DNA of 24,793 bases from Chthoniobacteraceae bacterium (GCA_031409335.1 JANNWY010000258.1:1-24793), one strand, 5' to 3'; positions 1-8,398 are shown, counted from the first letter of the stretch. The notes: generated by a model not told the origin, from the letters alone. Program-made: numbers and translations.

Positions 1-117
1 GGACGCTTCGCGAATGCCTCCGGAGCGGCTGGTTTCAGCCTTTCCACGCCTGATGGAGTGAGCTTCAGTGTCAAATTCGATGGGACTCTTTCATCCGTCG
101 GCTCCAACAAGAAGTAG
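1..117 (+). CDS. 3' end of hypothetical protein (partial; small beta-rich protein with G-R-F-x-x-A-x-G motif)
   Basis: Frame 1 is open from base 1 to TAG at 115-117: GRFANASGAAGFSLSTPDGVSFSVKFDGTLSSVGSNKK*. Not in the ORF track because it is truncated by the window edge. Confidence 0.55.
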   Translation, partial: GRFANASGAAGFSLSTPDGVSFSVKFDGTLSSVGSNKK

Positions 118-145
118 GGACCCAGCCGCCTAACCCATGCGCTGC

Positions 146-217
146 TACCTGCTGGAAGCGGACGCCGACGCGATCATTGAGCGAGCGAGACAGAAATTCC
201 CGCCCGCCGGTTGGTAG
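146..217 (+). pseudogene. Orphan copy of the last 24 codons of the downstream hydrolase gene
   Basis: 146-217 (YLLEADADAIIERARQKFPPAGW*) aligns ungapped with 1605-1676 (YLLKADADAIIQQAQWKFPPVGW*); 60/72 nt identical by hand count. Confidence 0.85.
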
Positions 218-317
218 GTCGGCTTCAAAGTGCCAGAATCCTTCACTCCCCGTTCCCGAATCCGCAAATGACAACACCATGAAAAAGCAAACTCCAGTCA
301 CTCAGAACAACAACAAC

Positions 318-1676
318 ATGAAAAGGCATATTCCTATCACTAAAATCCTCATCCAAGCAGCCGTAGCAATCATTGCAACCGCAGTTGCGTCACCGTCCAA
401 CGCGGCAGGCCAGATCGACGCCAGCACCGTGGTCGAGATTCCGCACGGGACGTTCAATGGAGTCCAGTTCACACGGTATGAAGCCATATTCGATGGCATC
501 TCGTCCAAGGGGCGACCTTACCGGGTGCCTTGCCAGATCATCGCCCCGGTGGATCCTCAAGCCGGGCGCGGTCTGCTCCTGTTCGATTGGCTCGTGCCGA
601 GCACGATCCCTACGGCGGTGGGTCAGGAACAGGCAGATGCGCGTTACACCCTGACTGATGCCTTCCTCTTCGGCCGGGGCGTCTCCTATGCGACCGTCCG
701 GTGCAACCCAGACGGCCTCGGGGCAAGGTCTCCGGTCAGTAACCCAAGCAGACCGTGGTCGGATGGCCTGTTGGACACCTCCTCGGAGTTCATCACCTCG
801 CCCGGCGACGAATTCGACATCGTGGTGGATTACGTGAAGGCACTGGGGACCGATCCAGTCGCTGTCCAACGACTCGGCAACATTCAGCGGACAGCGGCGT
901 TCGGCTATTCCGCCTCGGGCGGGCGACTCCGCGGGCTGTTGCGGATCCCGATGGGCAAAGGTTTGTTCGACTTCTCGCTCGTGGGGGGAACCGGCAACGG
1001 CTACGACCATCCGGCGGGGAATAAGATCGGGTTTTCCAACTCGGAAAAAGCACCGCTGGCCGGGGCCGGGTTGGAGATTGATTTCCAATCGGAGACCGAC
1101 GTGATTGCCTTTGGCGCCCACCTTACCCGGCACGAGGAGCCGAACTACCGCGTTTACCAGTTCGCGGGCGCTTCGCACATCCGGGACGTTGATGTGGCGG
1201 AGTTCGGTCTCCCGGATCCCGAGAAGGCCAACCCGGCCGACTGGGTCCCGTTCTTCCGGGCGCTTTTCGTGGCCGGTGACAAGTGGTGCGATGGCGTCCA
1301 ACCGCCGCCCAGCATCTGGCTTGGTGCTCCCAACGATCCGGAGATTGTCCGCGACGCCAAGGGGAATGCCCTGGTCCGCTTTGTTGGGGGGCAGCCCGTC
1401 AACACCACCGCCTTCCGGTTGCCGGAAGTCGCCGTCGGCGAGAACCAATACATCCCACTCGACCCGTCTTACGCCGACGATTCGTTTCTTGGCCTCTTGC
1501 GTATGATCGCGGGCGGACATGTCGATCTCACGGACAGTTTGCCCAAGCCGGCCCGATACATCAGAGACGTTAAGTGCCACGCTCGGGCGTTGCAGGCTGA
1601 CGGTTACCTGCTGAAAGCGGATGCCGACGCGATCATCCAGCAAGCGCAATGGAAATTCCCACCCGTCGGGTGGTAG
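318..1676 (+). CDS. Secreted alpha/beta-hydrolase-domain protein (Abhydrolase_10-like)
   Basis: Signal peptide MKRHIPITKILIQAAVAIIATAVASPSNA from ATG 318 (alternative ATG 279). Nucleophile-elbow-like GYSASG, QSETDV, YQFAGASH, and C-terminal DGYLLxADA typical of this family. Confidence 0.7.
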   Translation: MKRHIPITKILIQAAVAIIATAVASPSNAAGQIDASTVVEIPHGTFNGVQFTRYEAIFDGISSKGRPYRVPCQIIAPVDPQAGRGLLLFDWLVPSTIPTAVGQEQADARYTLTDAFLFGRGVSYATVRCNPDGLGARSPVSNPSRPWSDGLLDTSSEFITSPGDEFDIVVDYVKALGTDPVAVQRLGNIQRTAAFGYSASGGRLRGLLRIPMGKGLFDFSLVGGTGNGYDHPAGNKIGFSNSEKAPLAGAGLEIDFQSETDVIAFGAHLTRHEEPNYRVYQFAGASHIRDVDVAEFGLPDPEKANPADWVPFFRALFVAGDKWCDGVQPPPSIWLGAPNDPEIVRDAKGNALVRFVGGQPVNTTAFRLPEVAVGENQYIPLDPSYADDSFLGLLRMIAGGHVDLTDSLPKPARYIRDVKCHARALQADGYLLKADADAIIQQAQWKFPPVGW

Positions 1677-1686
1677 GCTGCGGGCC

Positions 1687-1783
1687 GTAGTGTTCGGCAG
1701 GGTGTTTGCCGCGAGGGAGCAGCGGAGGCACGGGCCCGGCGAAGAGGTCGCCGGGCCCGTGGGGTTGATCTGCGGGACACTAC
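1687..1783. repeat. Small palindromic, MITE-like element with an internal perfect hairpin
   Basis: Terminal inverted repeats gtagtgttcggcag (1687-1700) and ctgcgggacactac (1770-1783), 12/14 match. Internal perfect 14-bp stem 1729-1742/1748-1761. Confidence 0.55.
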
Positions 1784-1854
1784 AACCTGCGGGGGGCCAA
1801 GGGAGGGCCGAGGCGGCGGAGGGGAATAGGGAGGCCGACGGATGGGCGAGCCAC

Positions 1855-2300
1855 TTATCCCAATGCGATCGGAAGCGAAGGCGGCGGGAGACGGTGAACG
1901 GGCCTGGCGACGAGATCGCTCGGGTGGACGCGGTCCTTGTCGCTGAAGGCGGCGAGTTTCATCCGCACGAGTGCTGCGAGCGAGCTGAGGCGGAACTCTC
2001 CGGCGTCCTCGCTCTCGTCGATGAGGGCGTTGGGTTCGGGCTGGTCGGGACGGGTCTTTTCCTCCGCGAAGACGATAGGCAACGCGTCGCCCATCTTGCC
2101 CTCCGCGCCGTCGAGGAAGACATCGAGCGTGCCACCGTGGCCGAGAGAGGCGACGCGGCGATGGTGGAAGTCGGCGGCTGCCAGCGCGACGGTCGCGGCG
2201 GGAAGGTTGACGTCGCAGGTGTTGCGGACGGCGGCTTCATCGGCGCGCGAAACCCACGCTGCGACCGCATTCCCGCCTACGACGGCGCAAGGCACGCGCG
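1855..2300 (-). pseudogene. Degenerate nucleotidyltransferase-family remnant
   Basis: VPCAVVGGNAVAAWV..RNTCDVN..DVFLDG..LVRMKL..KDRVH resembles PVC-type minimal nucleotidyltransferases (GG motif plus T-x-D-V-D). The DxD is eroded to DVN and there is no own start codon. Confidence 0.6.
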
Positions 2301-2301
2301 C

Positions 2302-2331
2302 TTTGGTCCCTCTGTTTTTTGTCCCTCTGGT
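2302..2331. repeat. Two-copy 15-bp tandem repeat
   Basis: tttggtccctctgtt followed by ttttgtccctctggt. Confidence 0.6.
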
Positions 2332-2391
2332 TTCCTCGTGAGACAAGCCGGACCCGCTCGTCTCCCGTGGAATGTCGATTGTTGACCAGCC

Positions 2392-2559
2392 GCACTCGCG
2401 CAATGGCCGTTTGCAGTCGCGCAATGACCATCTGCTATGGCACAATGGAGACTTGCGCTCGCGCAAAGGGCGCTGGCGGTCGCGCTTTCGAGGGTGACGC
2501 TGGCGCGAAGGCCGCTCGCACTCGGGAGTTGCCCGTTTGCTGTGGCGCGAAGGCCGAAT
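2392..2559. repeat. Degenerate 21-bp tandem repeat, 8 units
   Basis: Units such as gcactcgcgcaatggccgttt, gcagtcgcgcaatgaccatct, gctatggcacaatggagactt, gcgctcgcgcaaagggcgctg keep exact 21-nt phase. One minus frame reads as heptads (ATANGQL, ATANGHC). Confidence 0.75.
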
Positions 2560-2607
2560 GGTCCGGCGACTTCCTTCCAGATCGCGCAGCCCGCAGCGTT
2601 CATGGGT

Positions 2608-2823
2608 CCGCGCGCGCCACTCCGCGAGTTTGTGATTCGCGAGCGCGCGCGCCGGCACGGGAAAGACGGTCTGCCCGCGCAGCTCCCGCATGAACAGCTC
2701 GGCGATGTATGTTTTCCCCGCGCCCGTTGGCGCATGGACCACCACATCGCGACTCTCCCGCAAAGCACGCACAGCCTGTTGCTGCCACAGATCGGGGATG
2801 ACTAAACTATGGAGGAGCGATTC
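2608..2823 (-). pseudogene. N-terminal fragment of a Ski2-like DEAD/DEAH-box helicase
   Basis: PDLWQQQA (Q-motif), APTGAGKT (Walker A) and VPARALANHK (motif Ia-like). Similarity stops after AEWRAR; no DExH box follows. Boundaries approximate. Confidence 0.75.
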
Positions 2824-2824
2824 G

Positions 2825-3784
2825 ATGGATGTTCCGATAGTCCACGATTTGCACCCTGCCAATATGCCCGACGATCCACCTTCCGATTTGCCGCTCACCG
2901 ACGTGGGCCGCTACGAGCGCCTCTCGCAGGCGAAAGAAAGGGCGCTGGTGGTTTCCGCGATGGAGCTGCCGCACTGGATCGTGCGCGACGGGCGTTCATT
3001 CGTGCTCCGCGTCGAACCGCCGGACCGCGGAGTCGTGCTTCAGGAGTTGGAGAAATTTGAAAACGAACAAGCGCTGCACGCGCCAGTGGAAAACGACCCG
3101 CCGCTTCCACCGATCGAGACGCTGTCGCTCTACGTGGCCACCTGGTTTCTGGGCACCTGCTGGTTCCTGCAAAATGTGGTGCCCGCCTCGTGGCAGGACA
3201 AGGGCGAGGCGGTGAGCGTGGCGATCGTCCGCGACGGCGAATGGTGGCGCGCCTTCACCGCGCTGGCCTTGCACGGCGACACTCCGCATCTCGTCGCGAA
3301 CATCGCGTCCGGCCTGCTTTTTTCCGCATTCGTCCTCCCGCGCCTCGGCACCGGGATGGCGTGGCTCCTCATCGTCTTCAGCGGATTTTTGGGGAATCTC
3401 GCGAACGCGTTTTTCTACCAAAGCACGCCGCACATTTCGATCGGTTCCTCCACCGCCGTCTTTGGCGCGCTGGGCCTCCTCGTCTCCACCGATTTCATGA
3501 CGCGCATTTCCTCACCTCACACGCGCAGCCGGTGGCAATTGCTGCTGCCGCTCGGTGCCGGCCTCGCGCTGCTCGCCTTTCTCGGTGTCGGCGAGGAAGA
3601 GCACAGCCGCACCGACTACATGGCGCACCTGTGGGGCTTCGCCGCCGGCCTCGTGCTCGGTGCCCTGGCCACGGTCGCCCGCGTCCGGGATCGCGTGCCA
3701 CCGATGATGCAGCGCCTCGCCGCGCTACTCGCACCAGCACTCATCATCGGCGCATGGTGGCTGGCGGTGGCGCAGGCAAAGTGA
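2825..3784 (+). CDS. Rhomboid-family intramembrane serine protease
   Basis: WWR, H-G-x-x-x-H-L-x-x-N, catalytic GSS (SIGSSTAVFG) and AHLWG, with multiple TM segments. Start uncertain (ATG 2825 or 2864). Confidence 0.9.
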   Translation: MDVPIVHDLHPANMPDDPPSDLPLTDVGRYERLSQAKERALVVSAMELPHWIVRDGRSFVLRVEPPDRGVVLQELEKFENEQALHAPVENDPPLPPIETLSLYVATWFLGTCWFLQNVVPASWQDKGEAVSVAIVRDGEWWRAFTALALHGDTPHLVANIASGLLFSAFVLPRLGTGMAWLLIVFSGFLGNLANAFFYQSTPHISIGSSTAVFGALGLLVSTDFMTRISSPHTRSRWQLLLPLGAGLALLAFLGVGEEEHSRTDYMAHLWGFAAGLVLGALATVARVRDRVPPMMQRLAALLAPALIIGAWWLAVAQAK

Positions 3785-3795
3785 CGCTCGCGCCG

Positions 3796-4335
3796 CTACG
3801 GTTTTGGCGCGGTCCCGACCGCCGCCTTCATCTGCGCGAGACCTTTTTCGAAATCGCCGCCGACCATCTTGTCCATGTTCATCACGAGGTTGAATCCCTT
3901 CGCCATGAAATTGTTTTTCCCCGTCATGCTCCACGTCACGGCGGTTTGATTGCCTTCGGGTTTGAAGAGGAACTCGGTCGTGTTGGTGGCTGCGAACGGT
4001 TTTAGGAATTCGAGTTTGATACGGACGAATTCGTGCGGCTTGCTTTCGATCAGCGTCATCCGGCCTTCGCCCACTTCGTTATTGCCCGACCAAGTGTAAA
4101 CGCTGCCCGGACCATCGGCCGGGCCTTCGTAGGTGGTCTTCATGGCAGGGTCGAGTTTCGCCCACGGCGACCACGCTTCCCATTTGCGGAAATCATTCAC
4201 CTGCGCGAACACTGACGCCGGCGGAGCCGCGATGGTCGCGCTGCGCGTGATGGTGAAATCCGCTGGTTGCAGCGCGACGACGATCGCGAAAACAACAAAG
4301 ATGAAAACGAGGGCGAGGAAGATTTTTTTGATCAT
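3796..4335 (-). CDS. SRPBCC / polyketide-cyclase-like protein
   Basis: N-terminal anchor MIKKIFLALVFIFVVFAIVV, then WEAWSPW, GNNEVGEG, LEFLKPF and DFEKGL motifs. Confidence 0.9.
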   Translation of the reverse strand: MIKKIFLALVFIFVVFAIVVALQPADFTITRSATIAAPPASVFAQVNDFRKWEAWSPWAKLDPAMKTTYEGPADGPGSVYTWSGNNEVGEGRMTLIESKPHEFVRIKLEFLKPFAATNTTEFLFKPEGNQTAVTWSMTGKNNFMAKGFNLVMNMDKMVGGDFEKGLAQMKAAVGTAPKP

Positions 4336-4438
4336 GGGTCGGTTGGGTTGTGGGCTGGTAATGGGAGCGAGATCGCTGACGAAACTCCACACGATTGTTT
4401 TGCCAGCATCCGCAACTCGGTGAATAGGCGTTTGGATT

Positions 4439-5263
4439 CTAATGACCGGGATGCCGGTTGGGATTCTCCTCACGCGTCCCGCGCCAAACGACTTTCTCCG
4501 GCTGCGCCGGAAATTTGTAACCGTAGAATTCCTCCTCGACTTCATTCACGTCAATGAACTCCACGTGGCCATCAACGAAGGTCATCAAGCCACTACCCCC
4601 GTAACGCGCGACGAAAGTTTTCGCGCTGCCTTTTGGACTGCCATCGTATTTCCGTTGTTGCGCCGCCGCCTTCCTTTCGTTTGGCAGGCCCTGTTCGAGA
4701 AAGAGAACCGTCCGGCCAGGATGGGTAATCTGTGCAAGCTTGACCGGCTTCTCTCTCTGGTCGTCCTTGCCCTGCAACTTCTCATTGATGGCGATGGCGA
4801 ACAGCGGTCGCGCCAGTTTCTTGTCAGATTCCGGGTATTGGGCACCCGGTAGAAAGAGAATATTTTCCGTCGAGTAGAACGCCAGCGGATTCGCGGCATA
4901 TTGGTCCACTCCTTTGTGTCCCAGCTTTCTCGGCAGAACATTATACCAAGCGTTGGCATTCTCCGGATTTGCAGCGGCCGCCCACGTATCTGCGCCTTTC
5001 GAACCCGCCGCGGGCAAGGCTCCGTCGTTCTCAGCCATGTAAACCCCAGATGCCGATCCGAGTTGCCTCATCACGTCTAATGCCGCCGCTCTATCCCGCC
5101 TCATTTTGATCACGCTAAAGATAGGAAACCCGAATCCTGCAACCATCAGGATAATGCCGATCACCACGAGGATCGCGAGAATGGAGAAAACCAACACGGC
5201 AATGACCTTGCGGCCGCGCATTGACGGCGTCTGGGATGGGGAGGTGGGGATGGGTGAGTTCAC
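4439..5263 (-). CDS. Prepilin-like protein with H-X9-DG-type C-terminal motif
   Basis: Hydrophobic N-terminal helix (LVVIGII), MRQLG..YMAENDGALP and C-terminal RYGGSGLMTFVDGHV. Confidence 0.75.
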   Translation of the reverse strand: MNSPIPTSPSQTPSMRGRKVIAVLVFSILAILVVIGIILMVAGFGFPIFSVIKMRRDRAAALDVMRQLGSASGVYMAENDGALPAAGSKGADTWAAAANPENANAWYNVLPRKLGHKGVDQYAANPLAFYSTENILFLPGAQYPESDKKLARPLFAIAINEKLQGKDDQREKPVKLAQITHPGRTVLFLEQGLPNERKAAAQQRKYDGSPKGSAKTFVARYGGSGLMTFVDGHVEFIDVNEVEEEFYGYKFPAQPEKVVWRGTREENPNRHPGH

Positions 5264-5392
5264 AATCTACAATTGAAGCGAATCGCTCAGGTCGCCTCCG
5301 TTTTTTCCATGAATTCGACCGCGCTGTGCGCTTCTGGTGTGTCCATCACACACTATCGAGTGTACACGGCTGCCATGTTAGCCCGTGACCTA

Positions 5393-6121
5393 TCAACCTG
5401 CCGCACCCAGCGCGGCGAAGAGCTGGCGCATTTCGTCTTCCACGGCGTCGGGCGCATCGAGGGTCTGGGCGATCTCCGCTTTCACCAACTCACGAAAACG
5501 GCGGCGCACGCGATGCACGGCAACTTTCAGCGCGCCTTCGCTCATCCCGGATGCGCGCGCGGAGGCGGCTTGAGCGCCATGATCCGCGTCGCCGGTGAGC
5601 CAGGGTTTCAGGCGCGCGAACTCGTCTGCTTTGCCGGCATCGGTCCATTCCTTTTCCAACTCGGAGAGCGCACGATCAAGGACGGCGAGCGCCCATTGGC
5701 GGTCGAAAAATCCATCCGGTGGAAGCGCGTTCATGTCGGCGAGGATCAAGCCGGGTGACGTGTCCGTGCCCGCATCGAGCGGGACGGAGACGGAGCCGCC
5801 GCCGCGTTTCAACCGCTCCGCGCGCTCGTGCTCGCGAGCGAGGAAATGTTTCAGCGCCCCGAGCAGATAGCTGCGAAAGCGTCCACGTTCACGCGCCGCA
5901 CCGCCGAAGGGATCGCGCTCCAGCACATGGGCGAAAAACTCATGCGCCTGCTCGCGCGCGGCGTCTTCCTCCCGCCCGCTGCGGTGGAGGAAGGCGACGA
6001 CTGGCGCGTAGTAGGCGCCGCAGAGTTCGCTGAGCGCGGTGCGGGCCTCGGGCGACCCGCCCTGCGCGGAATGCACGAGCGTCCAGCGGGTCGTGTGAAA
6101 TGCGGGGGTGGAAGAAGTCAT
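5393..6121 (-). CDS. ECF sigma-70 factor (kinase-associated type)
   Basis: FHTTRWTLV N-terminus, LCGAYYAPV, RGRFRSYL (sigma2), FDRQWA, and MSEGALKVAVHRVRRRF (sigma4). Confidence 0.9.
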   Translation of the reverse strand: MTSSTPAFHTTRWTLVHSAQGGSPEARTALSELCGAYYAPVVAFLHRSGREEDAAREQAHEFFAHVLERDPFGGAARERGRFRSYLLGALKHFLAREHERAERLKRGGGSVSVPLDAGTDTSPGLILADMNALPPDGFFDRQWALAVLDRALSELEKEWTDAGKADEFARLKPWLTGDADHGAQAASARASGMSEGALKVAVHRVRRRFRELVKAEIAQTLDAPDAVEDEMRQLFAALGAAG

Positions 6122-6134
6122 GACAGCGTGCCCG

Positions 6135-7556
6135 CTACGGGACGGACTGCTGGTTCGGAAGCGGCGTTGGCTGAGGTTCGTTCAAAAGCGCCCAGAGGGT
6201 GTAGATGCCGACTGCTGTGCCAAACGGAATATTCGCGAGATGCAGGACGCCGAGGACGATCACGACGGGCCGTCCCCAAGGCCGCCCCTGATACAAGCCC
6301 CAACCGCCGATGATGCCGGGCAGGGCCAGAATCGCGAGGAAACCGCCGACAAAAAACGCGACGATGCCGAGGATGCCCGCCGCCTCTTTCTCGCCCTGTG
6401 AAATAACGATTCCGCCCGCCATTCCGAGGAAGACGAAAACCGCGATGGCACCGAGGAACGCGAACGCTCCGAGGCCAACGTGGAGCAGGGCGACGATTTG
6501 GATGTGTGTTTTCATGGAGGGGCGTGTGGGGATGGCGGGAGTTGGGGTGGGTGTGGTCGGGGAAAATTCGGGCGGCGGCGGGATTTTTGCGCCATCACCG
6601 CTCATGGTTTCGACCTGCGTCTTCACCTCCGCCGCGCTGCCTTGGCGGCGTTCGCGCTCTTTTTCCAGGGCCTGCGCGACGATGGCATCCACGCGCGGAT
6701 CGCTCGCGGAGATTTGGGAAGGCGGCGCAAATTTTCCGACCGGGAGTTCGCCGGTGAGGAGTTCGTAGAAGACGACGCCGAGCGAATAAATGTCCGCGCG
6801 ATGATCCACGTCGCCGGGCCGGTCGCGCTGCTCGGGGGCCATGTATTGCGGCGTGCCGAGCGCGGTGCCGCTTTGGGTGAGATGGGACTCGTGGGTCGTA
6901 TGGGACTCATTCGACTCATGCGTCCCATGACCGATCATCTTCCCGATGCCGAAGTCGGCGAGCTTCACGCGGCCTTTGGAATCGAGGAGAATATTCTCGG
7001 GTTTGATGTCGCGATGGAGTACGCCCTCGTCGTGCGCGAATTGCAGCGCGTCGCAAATGCGCGGGACGATGCCGAGCGCCTGTGCGGGCGTGAAGCGGCT
7101 GGCGTGCATCGCCTGGCGCAAATTCACGCCATCGACGTGCTCCATCAGCAGGTAGAAAAAATCACCCGCGCGCCCGGAGTCATACACCGCGACGATGTTC
7201 GGGTGATGCAGCCGCGCAAGCATCTGTCCCTCGCGCTCGAAGCGTTCGGCGAACGCCGGATCGCGCTCCGCGAGCGACGCGGGCAGGACTTTCAACGCGA
7301 CGAGGCGGTTCAGCTTTGGCTGCCGTGCGCGAAACACCGCGCCCATGCCGCCCGTGCCGATGAGCGCGAGCACTTCGAGTTGCGGAAAGGCCGCGGCCAC
7401 TTGCTCCACCGTCGGTGATGCTGTCGGGCGCGGACTGATCGCCGGATCGGTCGGGAGCATCGCGCCAGCCATCAGGCAGCGCGGACAGAGCCCGCCAGGC
7501 GCAGAGGAGTCGAGCACGGTGCCGCAGGAGGAACAAAGTTTCGGATCGGTATTCAT
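6135..7556 (-). CDS. Membrane-anchored Hanks-type Ser/Thr protein kinase with N-terminal Cys4 ribbon
   Basis: CSSC..CPRC, GTGGMG, VALK, HRDIKPEN, DFG, YMAPE, Pro-rich linker and C-terminal TM helices. Start set at ATG 7556. Confidence 0.95.
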   Translation of the reverse strand: MNTDPKLCSSCGTVLDSSAPGGLCPRCLMAGAMLPTDPAISPRPTASPTVEQVAAAFPQLEVLALIGTGGMGAVFRARQPKLNRLVALKVLPASLAERDPAFAERFEREGQMLARLHHPNIVAVYDSGRAGDFFYLLMEHVDGVNLRQAMHASRFTPAQALGIVPRICDALQFAHDEGVLHRDIKPENILLDSKGRVKLADFGIGKMIGHGTHESNESHTTHESHLTQSGTALGTPQYMAPEQRDRPGDVDHRADIYSLGVVFYELLTGELPVGKFAPPSQISASDPRVDAIVAQALEKERERRQGSAAEVKTQVETMSGDGAKIPPPPEFSPTTPTPTPAIPTRPSMKTHIQIVALLHVGLGAFAFLGAIAVFVFLGMAGGIVISQGEKEAAGILGIVAFFVGGFLAILALPGIIGGWGLYQGRPWGRPVVIVLGVLHLANIPFGTAVGIYTLWALLNEPQPTPLPNQQSVP

Positions 7557-7562
7557 GGCACA

Positions 7563-7615
7563 CGCTTCCTGCCGTGTCCGGCGCAAATGGTTACACGATT
7601 ACTGGCAGGAAAGCG
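7563..7615 (-). promoter_or_regulatory. Putative ECF-type -35 box (TGTAACC) inside an inverted repeat upstream of the kinase
   Basis: Minus-strand TGTAACC at 7595-7589, about 33 nt before ATG 7556, flanked by cgcttcctgcc (7563-7573) and ggcaggaaagcg (7604-7615). Confidence 0.35.
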
Positions 7616-7729
7616 CGAAAACTTTGTGCGACGCGGTCGCGGTGGGAAGACGGAGATATTCGGCACCCAATGTTGCATCGGTGCTTTGAGAGGATTGCCT
7701 CCGCTCGCAAGCCCCATACCCTTGCGCCG

Positions 7730-8398
7730 ATGAATCTCTCCCGCTTTCTCCCTCTCGCTCTCCTGCTCGCTCTCGCGGATCTCCGGGCGGACGATCGCCC
7801 GACGGCTTCCGCGAAATGGGAAAGCGATATCGCGGCTTTTGAGAAGGCGGATCGCGAGCATCCGCCGGAGCCGGGTGGGATCGTGTTTGTAGGCAGTTCG
7901 AGCATCCGACTTTGGAAAACGCTGGCGCAGGATTTTCCGGACCATCGCGTGTTGAATCGCGGTTTCGGTGGATCGCAGATCACGGACTCGCTGGCATTCG
8001 CTGAACGGATCGTGATCCCTTACGCACCGCGCCAAATCGTGATGTATGCAGGCGGCAATGATCTCAACTCAGGCAAGCCGCCGGAGAAGGTGATCGCGGA
8101 TTTCAAGGCATTCGCCGGGAAAGTGCGCGCTGCACTCCCCGAAGTGGAGATTGCCTATATCTCGAGCGCTCCGAATCCTGCTCGGTGGGCGCAGGTGGAG
8201 AAAGTGAAAATGGTGAACTCGACGATCGAGGCTTGGATGAAGGAGCAGCCGCGGATGAAGTTCATCAACGTCTTCCCGCACATACTCGGCGCGGATGGCC
8301 TGCCGAAGCCGGAGATTTTCGTGGACGACAAGCTGCACATGAACGCGGCGGGATACGCGATTTGGAAGGAAGTCGTTGGGCCATTTTTGGGGAAGTGA
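7730..8398 (+). CDS. Secreted SGNH/GDSL hydrolase
   Basis: Signal peptide, FVGSSS, NRGFGG, YAGGND and DKLH (D-x-x-H). Confidence 0.92.
   Translation: MNLSRFLPLALLLALADLRADDRPTASAKWESDIAAFEKADREHPPEPGGIVFVGSSSIRLWKTLAQDFPDHRVLNRGFGGSQITDSLAFAERIVIPYAPRQIVMYAGGNDLNSGKPPEKVIADFKAFAGKVRAALPEVEIAYISSAPNPARWAQVEKVKMVNSTIEAWMKEQPRMKFINVFPHILGADGLPKPEIFVDDKLHMNAAGYAIWKEVVGPFLGK

Noticed and set aside
146..217. DGR template/variable repeat pair with 1605-1676
   Set aside because: The 12 mismatches are not confined to adenines of either copy, and there is no reverse transcriptase in the window.
306..317. (AAC)4 tract as a phase-variation site
   Set aside because: Only four units, frame-preserving, and probably just an A-rich translation initiation region.
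390..1649. Long antisense ORFs (also 6480-7418, 18067-19437, 21071-22357)
   Set aside because: They mirror well-supported genes on the other strand, as expected in high-GC DNA, and show no motifs.
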